This document shows positions 9,443 to 18,200 of a DNA stretch of 34,663 nt, in pieces. Under the pieces are notes generated by a model. It saw nothing but the letters and a program-made list of their open reading frames with translations, was not told the DNA's origin and ran no database searches. The position numbers were made by a program, and so were the translations under genes. Source of the DNA: an uncultured Thermoplasmata archaeon. GTDB lineage: Archaea > Thermoplasmatota > Thermoplasmata > JAJSAE01. Where the stretch lies: contig CAZKII010000006.1 in NCBI GenBank assembly GCA_964552865.1, forward strand, positions 1 through 34,663, written 5' to 3'. Each line of letters begins with the position of its first letter. Positions within the stretch are counted from its first letter, which is position 1.

Positions 9443-10208
9443 TTTCTATCACCTCTATTTTTCCGAAGCCATAGCTCAGCCACTTTCCAACCTGAAAGAA
9501 TGAAGCTAACGAAAGAAGGTCTGCAAGTTCCTTTTTATTTCGTGGTAGTTCGTATGTAACATCCCCCCACACTCCTTTTAATGAGATAGTTCTCTGATCA
9601 ATAGCCTTATGCTTCCATGTGAAAACTTTCAGGTTTGACTCGTTTATTGGCATAGGCAATCCCCTAAGATTTGTTTTGATCCGAATTGGGTATGATGGCT
9701 TAGCATAGTATTTAGTGAATCGGTTAACACTTCTTGTAAGGCCTGTAAGAACCTGCGAAGCCTGAGGGAGGAGCGAGATATTTCCGGTTTCGGACATCAG
9801 AGCAATAGGAGATCTGAAACGCAGTGTCAACTTGTCTTCCAGTTCAATTCTCTCGAACTTCATCTTCCGAGAATATATCTCGATAAGCTCGGCATTTATT
9901 CCTCCAATATGGGTTCTAAGTTTTTTGTTCATCTCGGTGGCCAAGTTAGAAATCTTTCTTTCGCCAAATCCAAGGAAATTCAGATTCGCTTCTACTCTTC
10001 GTCCATCATGGGTGGTGTATAAAAAATAAGGGCGCACATCCACATTCTTGTTTCTGAAAATAGTTGACCAAAGCTCTGTATCAAACATGACATCACCCAA
10101 CAAGCCCCTGATGATTGGCCCATAATATGGAAGTCGGCTTTCTGTGCTCTGTATAAATACGAAAGTCAGCCTATGATAGTCAGTTTCAAGGAGCTTTTTT
10201 AGACTTAT
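9435..10208 (-). CDS. cas6: crRNA-processing endoribonuclease Cas6
   Basis: C-terminal G-loop QVGKWLSYGFG and LRFRSP. The frame stays open upstream of the listed TTG and encodes a Cas6-like N-terminus (RLTFVF...LPYYGPIIRGLLG); start tentatively placed at ATA 10208. Confidence 0.88.
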   Translation of the reverse strand: MSLKKLLETDYHRLTFVFIQSTESRLPYYGPIIRGLLGDVMFDTELWSTIFRNKNVDVRPYFLYTTHDGRRVEANLNFLGFGERKISNLATEMNKKLRTHIGGINAELIEIYSRKMKFERIELEDKLTLRFRSPIALMSETGNISLLPQASQVLTGLTRSVNRFTKYYAKPSYPIRIKTNLRGLPMPINESNLKVFTWKHKAIDQRTISLKGVWGDVTYELPRNKKELADLLSLASFFQVGKWLSYGFGKIEVIENE

Positions 10209-10237
10209 GGGAATCCCCCAATGCTATAACGGCCAGC

Positions 10238-10249
10238 ACATATATAAGT
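10238..10249 (-). promoter_or_regulatory. TATA box of the cas operon
   Basis: Minus-strand CTTATATAT ~30 nt upstream of the proposed cas6 start. Confidence 0.55.
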
Positions 10250-10463
10250 CTTGTGTCCATTCGATGAAGGTAGATTGCATCTTGTAAAAAACTCTCCAGT
10301 ATTTTTTCCATTATGTGTGTGTTTGCGGGGTTACTGACATTTCATCATCTTCGAGGGCAAATAGACAGCCTCATGAGTTTGCAATTTCGATCCAGAGATT
10401 CTGGTTCTCCGTTTTGTGGCGCCTACTAAGTATTCTCCTATTTAAAATTTACAGGTAAAGAAG

Positions 10464-10578
10464 TGCGGGGGGAGCGATTCGAACGCTCGAAGGACTAACC
10501 ACAGGGTCCTAAGCCCTGCCCCTCTGGTCTGCCGGAAGCGGACGACTCCCCGGCATTTGGCCGCTCGGGTACCCCCGC
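10464..10578 (-). tRNA. tRNA-Leu(TAG) with a 33-nt D-loop intron (10524-10556)
   Basis: Acceptor stem GCGGGGG/CCCCCGC plus A; anticodon arm CAGGG-CTTAGGA-CCCTG; T arm GAGCG-TTCGAAT-CGCTC; long variable region. Removing the insert gives an 82-nt tRNA; CCA not encoded. Confidence 0.93.
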
Positions 10579-10600
10579 ACACTGAAACGAAACGAAATGT

Positions 10601-10626
10601 GGTATTTAACACTCACCTTTATTAAT
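10601..10626. promoter_or_regulatory. Divergent TATA boxes for tRNA-Leu (minus) and rnp4 (plus)
   Basis: TTAAATA on minus ~25-30 nt before the tRNA; TTTATTAA on plus ~25 nt before the rnp4 GTG. Confidence 0.55.
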
Positions 10627-10646
10627 GAGCGAAACATCATGCGGCC

Positions 10647-10985
10647 GTGTCGAAGCGAAGAAGGAACAAGGCCCTTGAGAGGAAGATGGCCAGACGGCAG
10701 GTCGCCAGACTGTTCGAGCTTGCGGAAAGAGAGGCCCTTAATTCAAGGCAGGACAGGGCGGACAGGTATGTTCATCTGGCCAGAAAGACGGCGATGAGAT
10801 ACAATCTCAGCCTTGGCGTTTACAGGCGTCATTTCTGCCGGAAATGCGGGGCCTTTCTGCTCCCCGGAAGGAATGCCGTATATCGGCTCAACCGGGGGAA
10901 GGTGGTCATACACTGCGAAAGGTGCGGCCACATAGCGAGGTTCCCTTACCGTTCGATGAACAGGGAGAACGAGGTGAAAGAATGA
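10647..10985 (+). CDS. rnp4: RNase P protein component 4 (Rpp21)
   Basis: A-D-R-Y-V-x-L-A, FCRKC...L-x-P-G...HCERCGH Zn ribbon. Confidence 0.92.
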   Translation: MSKRRRNKALERKMARRQVARLFELAEREALNSRQDRADRYVHLARKTAMRYNLSLGVYRRHFCRKCGAFLLPGRNAVYRLNRGKVVIHCERCGHIARFPYRSMNRENEVKE

Positions 10986-11206
10986 ACACAGGCGATATTC
11001 CGGTGACCCTGCATGTGGGGAAGAACGGCATAACCGAGGCCCTCATAGACGAATTGAAGGAGCAGATAAGGACGAAGAGGATTGTAAAGGTGAAGATGCT
11101 CAGGTCGTCGGGGGACAGAAAGAAACTGGGCGCGGAGCTGGCCGAGAGAACGGGTGCGGAACTGGTGGAGGTCAGGGGCTTCACCGTGGTGCTGAGGAGA
11201 AAATAA
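10982..11206 (+). CDS. yhbY: YhbY/CRM-domain RNA-binding protein
   Basis: VGKNGITE...IVKVKML...VRGFTVVL; ATG 10982 overlaps the rnp4 stop (ATGA). Confidence 0.9.
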   Translation: MNTGDIPVTLHVGKNGITEALIDELKEQIRTKRIVKVKMLRSSGDRKKLGAELAERTGAELVEVRGFTVVLRRK

Positions 11207-11797
11207 CTACTTCTGAGAAAGATTCCTGAGAACATACCTGAGGCCGAGGAGCGCAAGGAAAAGGATGGCGGAGGCCAGCATGAAGCCGTAAACGGTGAGG
11301 AGCATGGCGATCCCGTACCCTGCAAGGTGGTTGTATATTATCAGGGAGGCAAAGACAGACAACGCCGCCAGCAGGAGCAGAACGGAGAGCGAGCGAAGAT
11401 ATGTCCTCACCACATACGGCAGGTTCCTCCGGTCTTCCTTCACCGTATGGGCGAGCTTTATGGAGAGGTGCGTGAGCTCGAAGTAAGAGATGAACAGCGC
11501 TGCGAACAGAAGGGTCAGGGAAAGCGAGGCCTCTCTGTTCTCCGAGATTATCCCCACCATGAGCAGGGCGGATGAGGAGAGGAGGAACGGAAGACTTCGC
11601 CCGAATATGGCCCATACCCCTGCCACGATCTCCACGGCGGCCAGAGCAAGATATATCCTCCCTTCGTCGAGGAACCGGCCGAAAGAGGAATACCCGCCGT
11701 ACAGGTACTGAATGTACAGGCTGAGCGCCACCACGCCCAGAAGAGAAAACAGGGAAAAGGCGTGGACAAGCCCTTCGTACCTCTCTTTCCGATTCAA
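11207..11797 (-). CDS. Multi-pass membrane protein
   Basis: About six hydrophobic segments; coupled to the DUF58 gene. Confidence 0.75.
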   Translation of the reverse strand: MNRKERYEGLVHAFSLFSLLGVVALSLYIQYLYGGYSSFGRFLDEGRIYLALAAVEIVAGVWAIFGRSLPFLLSSSALLMVGIISENREASLSLTLLFAALFISYFELTHLSIKLAHTVKEDRRNLPYVVRTYLRSLSVLLLLAALSVFASLIIYNHLAGYGIAMLLTVYGFMLASAILFLALLGLRYVLRNLSQK

Positions 11798-13083
11798 TGC
11801 ATCACCTCCATGAGAGCCATCTGCAGCGATTCGCCGGGAGACCTGTCCACCACCATGACCCCCTCGTGCCTCAGGAACTCGATGAGGGCTTTTCTGTGTT
11901 CGTTCAGCGCTTCGTAATCCTCCGCTGAGAGATTGCCGGTCTCCTTCTCCGTCTCCAGAGTGCTGGAAGATATGACGAGAACAGGGAAATCCCGGGACTG
12001 AAGCGCCTCTATCCCCTCGATTATGCTCTCATCCCCTTCAAGGCTGGACACGACGATGACTGGGGAGCGCGACGGGATGTGCGGAGCCACCACTGAGACC
12101 GCAGCCTCGAGGCCGGTATCACCGCCGGCGCTCATGGTGGCCAGAGAACTCATTATCTTGTCCAGATGCCGCTCGCCCGTGGAAGGCTGCATCATGTGCA
12201 CCCCGTCACCGTAGATGGTGAGGCCAACGCTGTTCTTCCCCTTGATGAAATAGGAGGCGAGGCTGGCCGCCGTTCTGGCGTTCATGATGCGCATGGTGCT
12301 GTCCAGAGGGCCGGTTTCCGTGACCTCCCTTGCATCCGCCATTATCATTATATCCGATATGGCCTCCCTCTCCCTCGCATTGACGAGCAGTTCCCCGGAG
12401 CGGGCATAGGCCTTCCAGTTTATATCCCTGAAGGAATCTCCGGGCCTGTACTCCCTCAGGGCGTAGAACTCGTATCCGGGTCCGGGCTGTTTCAGGGTGG
12501 CCGTACCGGAGAAGAGCTTCGGCGTTCTGGAGCGTATCCCTGCCTCGCTGATCTCCTCGATCCGGGGCAGAACGATGAAATCGGAGTACTCCTCGGCCCT
12601 GTCCTCCTCGAAGAACATGCTGGAAAAATCCCCTTTACGAAGCATGAGAGGACCTATGCTGTAGGGCCCCATTATCGGGCACTCCAGCGTGTATTTTATG
12701 ACATTGTGCCCCTCTGAGAGGTTGATTATGGCGTGGTTATCCCCGCTCTTTATCCGAACCCTGTCGGGAAGGTGATCCCATACCTCCACAAGACCCATGC
12801 CGCCGGTACTCTCGATCCTCAGCATGACCTCGATCTCGCCCCCCTCGAAGATTCTGTCCGATGAGATCTCCCTCTCCACGCTGACGACACCCAGAACTCC
12901 GGTCTCCGATGCCAGCTCCTCGATGGGCAGGAGTTCCAGCGAACGGCGGGTGAACGAGACCAGGATCAGATATGAGATGAGCGCGGTGCCAAGCCCTGCT
13001 AACAGCGTGTCGTTCATCATGAGAGAGAGCAGGTAAGCGGTTATGCCTGCTGCGAGTACCAGAGCGCTCTTACGGGTCCACAT
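11794..13083 (-). CDS. DUF58 (vWA-like) MoxR partner protein
   Basis: EFYALREYRPGDSFRDINWKAYAR signature; N-terminal TM helices. Confidence 0.92.
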   Translation of the reverse strand: MWTRKSALVLAAGITAYLLSLMMNDTLLAGLGTALISYLILVSFTRRSLELLPIEELASETGVLGVVSVEREISSDRIFEGGEIEVMLRIESTGGMGLVEVWDHLPDRVRIKSGDNHAIINLSEGHNVIKYTLECPIMGPYSIGPLMLRKGDFSSMFFEEDRAEEYSDFIVLPRIEEISEAGIRSRTPKLFSGTATLKQPGPGYEFYALREYRPGDSFRDINWKAYARSGELLVNAREREAISDIMIMADAREVTETGPLDSTMRIMNARTAASLASYFIKGKNSVGLTIYGDGVHMMQPSTGERHLDKIMSSLATMSAGGDTGLEAAVSVVAPHIPSRSPVIVVSSLEGDESIIEGIEALQSRDFPVLVISSSTLETEKETGNLSAEDYEALNEHRKALIEFLRHEGVMVVDRSPGESLQMALMEVMH

Positions 13084-13101
13084 TCCATTCCCTCATCGGT
13101 T

Positions 13102-14139
13102 TCAGGCGGTGGGAACCTCCACCTTTTCCAGTATCTCCTTTATTATGTCCTCGGAAGTGACCCCTTTTATTCGGACCTGGGGTTTCAGGATGAGTCTGTG
13201 GACAAGGGCGGGGGATGCGATGGCCTTAACATCGTCGGGGGTCACGAAATCCCTCCCTTCCACCACTGCATACGCACGGGAGAGCTTGAAAAGCGCCAGA
13301 GATCCCCTGGGACTGGCACCCACAATGACCCGCGAGTCGTTTCTGGTCTCATGTATTATGTTCACTATATACCTCCGTATGGCAGGGGTCACATGGACCT
13401 TCTCTATGGCCCGCTGCATCTGAACCACCTCCTTCGGGCCCAGAAGCGCATTCACATCCACATCGTCCTTCTTCCGTATCGCTCTCCTTTTCAGTATCTC
13501 GTCCTCATCGTCAGGAGTGGGGTACCCCACGCTAAGTTTCATTATGAACCTGTCCAGCTGCGCCTCCGGGAGCGGATATGTCCCTTCGTACTCTATGGGG
13601 TTCTGGGTCGCCATCACGATGAAGGGGGGGCTGAGACGGTGCGTCTTACCCTCGGTGGTCACCTGCTTCTCCTGCATGGCCTCGAGAAGTGCGGCCTGCG
13701 TCTTGGGCGGCGCGCGGTTTATCTCATCCGCCAGAAGTATGTTGGTGAATATCGGTCCCTTGACGAACTCGAACACCATCTCCTTCTCGTTGTATATGGC
13801 GGTTCCGGTGATATCGGACGGAAGGAGGTCCGGCGTGAACTGAACCCTCTTGAAATCGCAGCCGAGCGCCCTTGCGAATGTGTTGGCCATGAGCGTCTTC
13901 GCCAGTCCCGGAAAGTCCTCGAAGAGTATGTTGCCGCTGGAGAGTATCCCCACCTCCACCATCTTCAGAACCTCTTCCTTCCCGACTATCACCTTTGCAA
14001 CCTCTTTCCTGATCGCTTCGGTCATGGAATGGACCCACTGAATCTCCTCGGAATTGGACTTCTTAAGCGTCTTCTCCTTCGGAGCCGTTTCCTTTACATC
14101 TTTTTTCTCGTTCATTTTCCTGTCCTCCTCTTTTCTCAT
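13102..14139 (-). CDS. moxR: MoxR-family AAA+ ATPase
   Basis: EDFPGLAKT, RVQFTPDLLPSD, LADEINRAPPKTQ, GTYPLPEAQLDRF. Confidence 0.96.
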   Translation of the reverse strand: MRKEEDRKMNEKKDVKETAPKEKTLKKSNSEEIQWVHSMTEAIRKEVAKVIVGKEEVLKMVEVGILSSGNILFEDFPGLAKTLMANTFARALGCDFKRVQFTPDLLPSDITGTAIYNEKEMVFEFVKGPIFTNILLADEINRAPPKTQAALLEAMQEKQVTTEGKTHRLSPPFIVMATQNPIEYEGTYPLPEAQLDRFIMKLSVGYPTPDDEDEILKRRAIRKKDDVDVNALLGPKEVVQMQRAIEKVHVTPAIRRYIVNIIHETRNDSRVIVGASPRGSLALFKLSRAYAVVEGRDFVTPDDVKAIASPALVHRLILKPQVRIKGVTSEDIIKEILEKVEVPTA

Positions 14140-14145
14140 TAATCA

Positions 14146-15228
14146 TCAACTGTGTCTCCCGGAGCTTATTATCTCCTCCGCTTCCTCTATGGTCAGATTC
14201 TTCCTGGCGGCCAGCTGCATCGCCTTGGAAGAACGCAGAAGCTCCCGCCTGCTTTCCTCTCTGAGCCTCCCGCGCGGGATGAAGCGGTCCGGCCTGTACC
14301 TGTGCTCCCACACCTCGGGATCCCTCACGAGGATCACGACTATGTAAGAGACCATGAGTATCACCGATGTGAACAGAAGGTCGTAAGGGTCGGTGGTGCT
14401 CACCATTATGGTATATCCCGCCACCGAAAACGCGGTGGTATGAAGGCTGTCGTCGCAGTAAACCGTTCCGCCGTCTGCGAAATTACCGATGATGGCCCGG
14501 ACGAAATCGCTGTTGTTCTGGCGGTATATCATGTCGTTGGTGAACATGTCGGGGTCGGAGACGACCATCAGCCTCCCTCTCCCAACATCGGCCATGACCA
14601 TGAAGATAGCGTTCTCCTTCTCGTCGGCATCAACCACGCCGTTGTCGTTGTAATCCACGAACGTACTGTTGCTTCTGGCGACGATCTGGACATTCCCGCC
14701 CACAAGAAGGCTCGTGGCCATGTTCAGAACCACCGTACTGGTGGTCATGTTTCTACCGCTGCGCACGAAGAAGGTGGCGTTCACCAGAGGTGTCTCGGGC
14801 CTGCCAGCGTTATAGGAAGAGAGAACCGCATGGCCGCTCATGCTTATGCTGCTGTTCCGTCCGGAAAGAAGGTAAGACAGAAGAGGGTTCGCACCTGCAG
14901 AATCGTCCGCGATAAGGACATTCCCGCCCCGCTCCATGAAGGACGAGATGGCCGACATCTCCTGAGGCGTGTACGGGCGCGAGATCCCTATGCCCATGTA
15001 GAGGCTGTTCTCGGCGGAATGAATGTCGTTGAGCACGGTGGCAGAGGAGAGTATGGAGACGAAGCCAGCCTCCTTGGATGATATTTCCTTCAAAGAGTGG
15101 AGCCCGTCCGGAGCGGTGGATGTGGAGAGGAGCGGGGCCGATGCGTGGAAGACAACTGCGGGGTAAAGAAGCGCAAGGACTATGATCACCACGGGAACGG
15201 CGGGCCGAAGCCACTTCACCCCTTTCAT
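14146..15228 (-). CDS. DUF4350-like membrane-anchored protein
   Basis: N-terminal TM; FMERGGNVLIADD and GRGRLMVVSDPDMFTN motifs; C-terminal TM; typical MoxR operon member. Confidence 0.75.
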   Translation of the reverse strand: MKGVKWLRPAVPVVIIVLALLYPAVVFHASAPLLSTSTAPDGLHSLKEISSKEAGFVSILSSATVLNDIHSAENSLYMGIGISRPYTPQEMSAISSFMERGGNVLIADDSAGANPLLSYLLSGRNSSISMSGHAVLSSYNAGRPETPLVNATFFVRSGRNMTTSTVVLNMATSLLVGGNVQIVARSNSTFVDYNDNGVVDADEKENAIFMVMADVGRGRLMVVSDPDMFTNDMIYRQNNSDFVRAIIGNFADGGTVYCDDSLHTTAFSVAGYTIMVSTTDPYDLLFTSVILMVSYIVVILVRDPEVWEHRYRPDRFIPRGRLREESRRELLRSSKAMQLAARKNLTIEEAEEIISSGRHS

Positions 15229-18200
15229 TTTCTCCCCTCCATCAGCCCTATGATCTCACTGCGGAAATCCTCGAAGGCGGCCTTGATCTCCCGGGCCTCC
15301 TCCTCCGATATCCCATGATGAGAGTATCTGGCCTCCTCGAAGATATCGAATATCCTTTTCAGGTTCCGTTCGCTTATGCCGGGGATGGCCTCCCTCAGTG
15401 CCTGCTGGAACTCCCTGACCGTCTGCCAGTCCTGCTTCAGATAGCCGTAGCGCTTCAGCAACTTGATGAGGTGGCGGTATGTCTCGAACACTATGCGGTG
15501 GTAGTCGTCCCTCACCTCAAGGTGATATATGGCACGGTCCATCGCCTCCTTTATCGCCTTCATCCGCCCCTTACGGACGAAATAGAGCAGAACGGCAATG
15601 ACTGCGACAGCAAGACCCATGGACACGACCATGACCCCCGACAGAGAGCCAGAGATCCCCCCTTCCACAAAGAGAAGGGCGGTTGAATTGGCGGATGCGG
15701 GGAGATATAACTCCGTTCCGTTGAACATGACCTTTATCCCCATGATTCCGCTCTCATTCCCTGCGAAATAAACGGGAACCGTGGCCCAGCCAGTGCTGTT
15801 GGTGACGGCGGTGTATGTCCTGTTCGTGAGGAGCACGATCTCCTGTCCTGCGAGCACCTCACCCTGCTGGCCGGTGAGCCTCACCCGGATCTCGAACTCC
15901 CGGGTCACTCTGTCCGGAAGGACGATGCTGAGATAGCTCTCCTCCCTGACCCTCACCTCGCCGGCGGCGGAACTCCTCAGAAGATAGGAGGAATCCGACC
16001 CGTTGAAATACGCACGGACGGAGTAGTGGCCTGCGCTTATGTTCCCGAGCCTGTGAACGGAAACGAAGGTGCCGTTGGCAGAGGTGATCGCGGTCCAGTT
16101 CTCGCCGGCCAACTCCAGATACACCGGAACCGATGAAACCGGGCTCAGATCGTCCTCGTAAAGCCTGCCGGAGATGGTGACATTCCGTCCGGCCACCGCA
16201 TCGTCAATAGGCAGGAACACCAGGGAGGTGCGCGCGAACACCGTGAAATCCCCAGTCCCCGTGGAGTTGAGATAGAATCCGGAGCCGTCGAATGTCGCCG
16301 TTACGGAAATCACGCCGCCGGGATCTCCGACGGAAACATTGTAAGGCAGGGAGAAGAGGCCGTTCCGCACCTCCGCAGTCCCTATATTCATGCGGTCCCA
16401 GAAGACGGAAACGCGGCCATCTGGCAGGGGCTCTCCCAGCTCTGTTTCCAGGCTGCCTGTTATGTTAAAGCTGTCCCCCTTTACCAGGGCCATACCGTGC
16501 ACATCTATGACCGTTGGGACCGTGACCGTAATACTGGACTCCGCCTCGGAAGCGAAATAATAGTTCTCGTCCAGTGTGGAAACGGATATATTGAGAGGGC
16601 CGCCGGGTGTGTCCGCGGGAATATGGTAGGGGATTGAGAAACTGCCGTCCGGTCCGGTGACGGCGACACCTTCCTCGCTTCCGTTCACATAAAGAATCAC
16701 GGACATGTTCCGGAGAGGCATCGATTGTAGATTTCGCACGACCCCTTCGATGGACACCGTGCTGTTCCGCACCCCTTCGCTCTTGCCGATGGAAACGGTG
16801 CAGTTTCCGTAAACGGTGAGATTGAGCGGAAGATACACCCAGCCGTAGAAGTCGCTCTCCGGGAAATAGACGGAAACATTCTTCACCCCGGGAACAGTAT
16901 CGGAGGGAAGGGTGAAGTTCAGAAGGAAGAAACCGGTGGAATTTATATCGCTCCGGGCCACATAGGCCCCTTCATAGATCAACCACATACCGCTTATGGA
17001 GCCGTCCACAAGGGATGGGCTCACATCTCCGTCCATTATCGTGCCGGAAAACACGGCTTCCGAACCCGCGGACACATTCTCGGTAACGACGCTCATGTTC
17101 AGCGTCAGGTTGTGCCGCACCACTACGGTCTCGGTGCCGCTGGCAGGGTAGATCAGGGAGGTGCCGTTAAAGCGTGCGGAAAGATAGTGACGCCCGGCGG
17201 TGTCGTTTATCACCAGCGTGATGTTGAAGTTCCCGCTCTCATTGGTCGAGAAGGTGCTGAGGTACTCACCGTCCCAGCGCAGCGACACGTTGAAGCCGGA
17301 ATACGCCCTCAGGTTCCAGTCGGTAAGGGAGCCGGTAACAGGCATGGAAGAGCCGTTGAAGACAACGGACGGAGCGGAAAGGTCTATGTAAAGTCGGGCG
17401 GTGATTACGATACCCGAAGAGAATGTTCGGCTCCATGCGGGCAGATAGGAGCGCAGGTTCGTTTCGTCGTTGAGCCCGTGCGCTCTGGCCACTACGGTAC
17501 CGCTGCCAAGGCTCGCATTCCACGGTATGAGGCATACTGCCCTGTAATACCCGTTGTCGTTGGTGGTGACGGAGCCGAGGCGCAGAAGCGTCTGCCCGTC
17601 CGAGGAATTGAGATATACGCTCACTGGTACGGATGGGACCGCTGTCCCGAAGTCGTCCACAACAAAACCCTCCACAATGATCTGCCCCTCTCCCCTAACG
17701 ACCGATGAGTCGGAAACATGCGTCACATTGACGGTGAGGTTTCTGACGGAGGAGTAGGCGGGAGTAATGTCCTGAGGATAAGATACGATGCTGGCATCCC
17801 CGGCCGCCGGCCAGCCGTCCCCGGGACCTATGAAATATGGGGAGGTAACATCCAGTTCGACCCAGCCCATGTTGTAGAAGAGCACCTCGTCCCAGAGATG
17901 AAGATCGCCGAGGGTAACCGAGTAGTTGTGCCCGTCCGCCGTGGTTCCGGGCCGGAAGCCCACTGCAACCCTTGTGGGAATGTTATTGAGACGCGCCATG
18001 AGGCAGAACGCCGAGGCGAAGTCCGCAGTGGTCCCCTCTCTTCTGTTGAACAGGAACCAGTCCACCGCATCGTGCCCTTCCGGAGGAGGGGAGGGCGTAT
18101 CGTTGTACCTGTAATTCATCCTGAGAAAATCACGAATGGCAGCTATTTTTCCGTAAACCGAGGTGTAGTTCGCGGTAACATTCCGCGACAGGTCCAGAAG

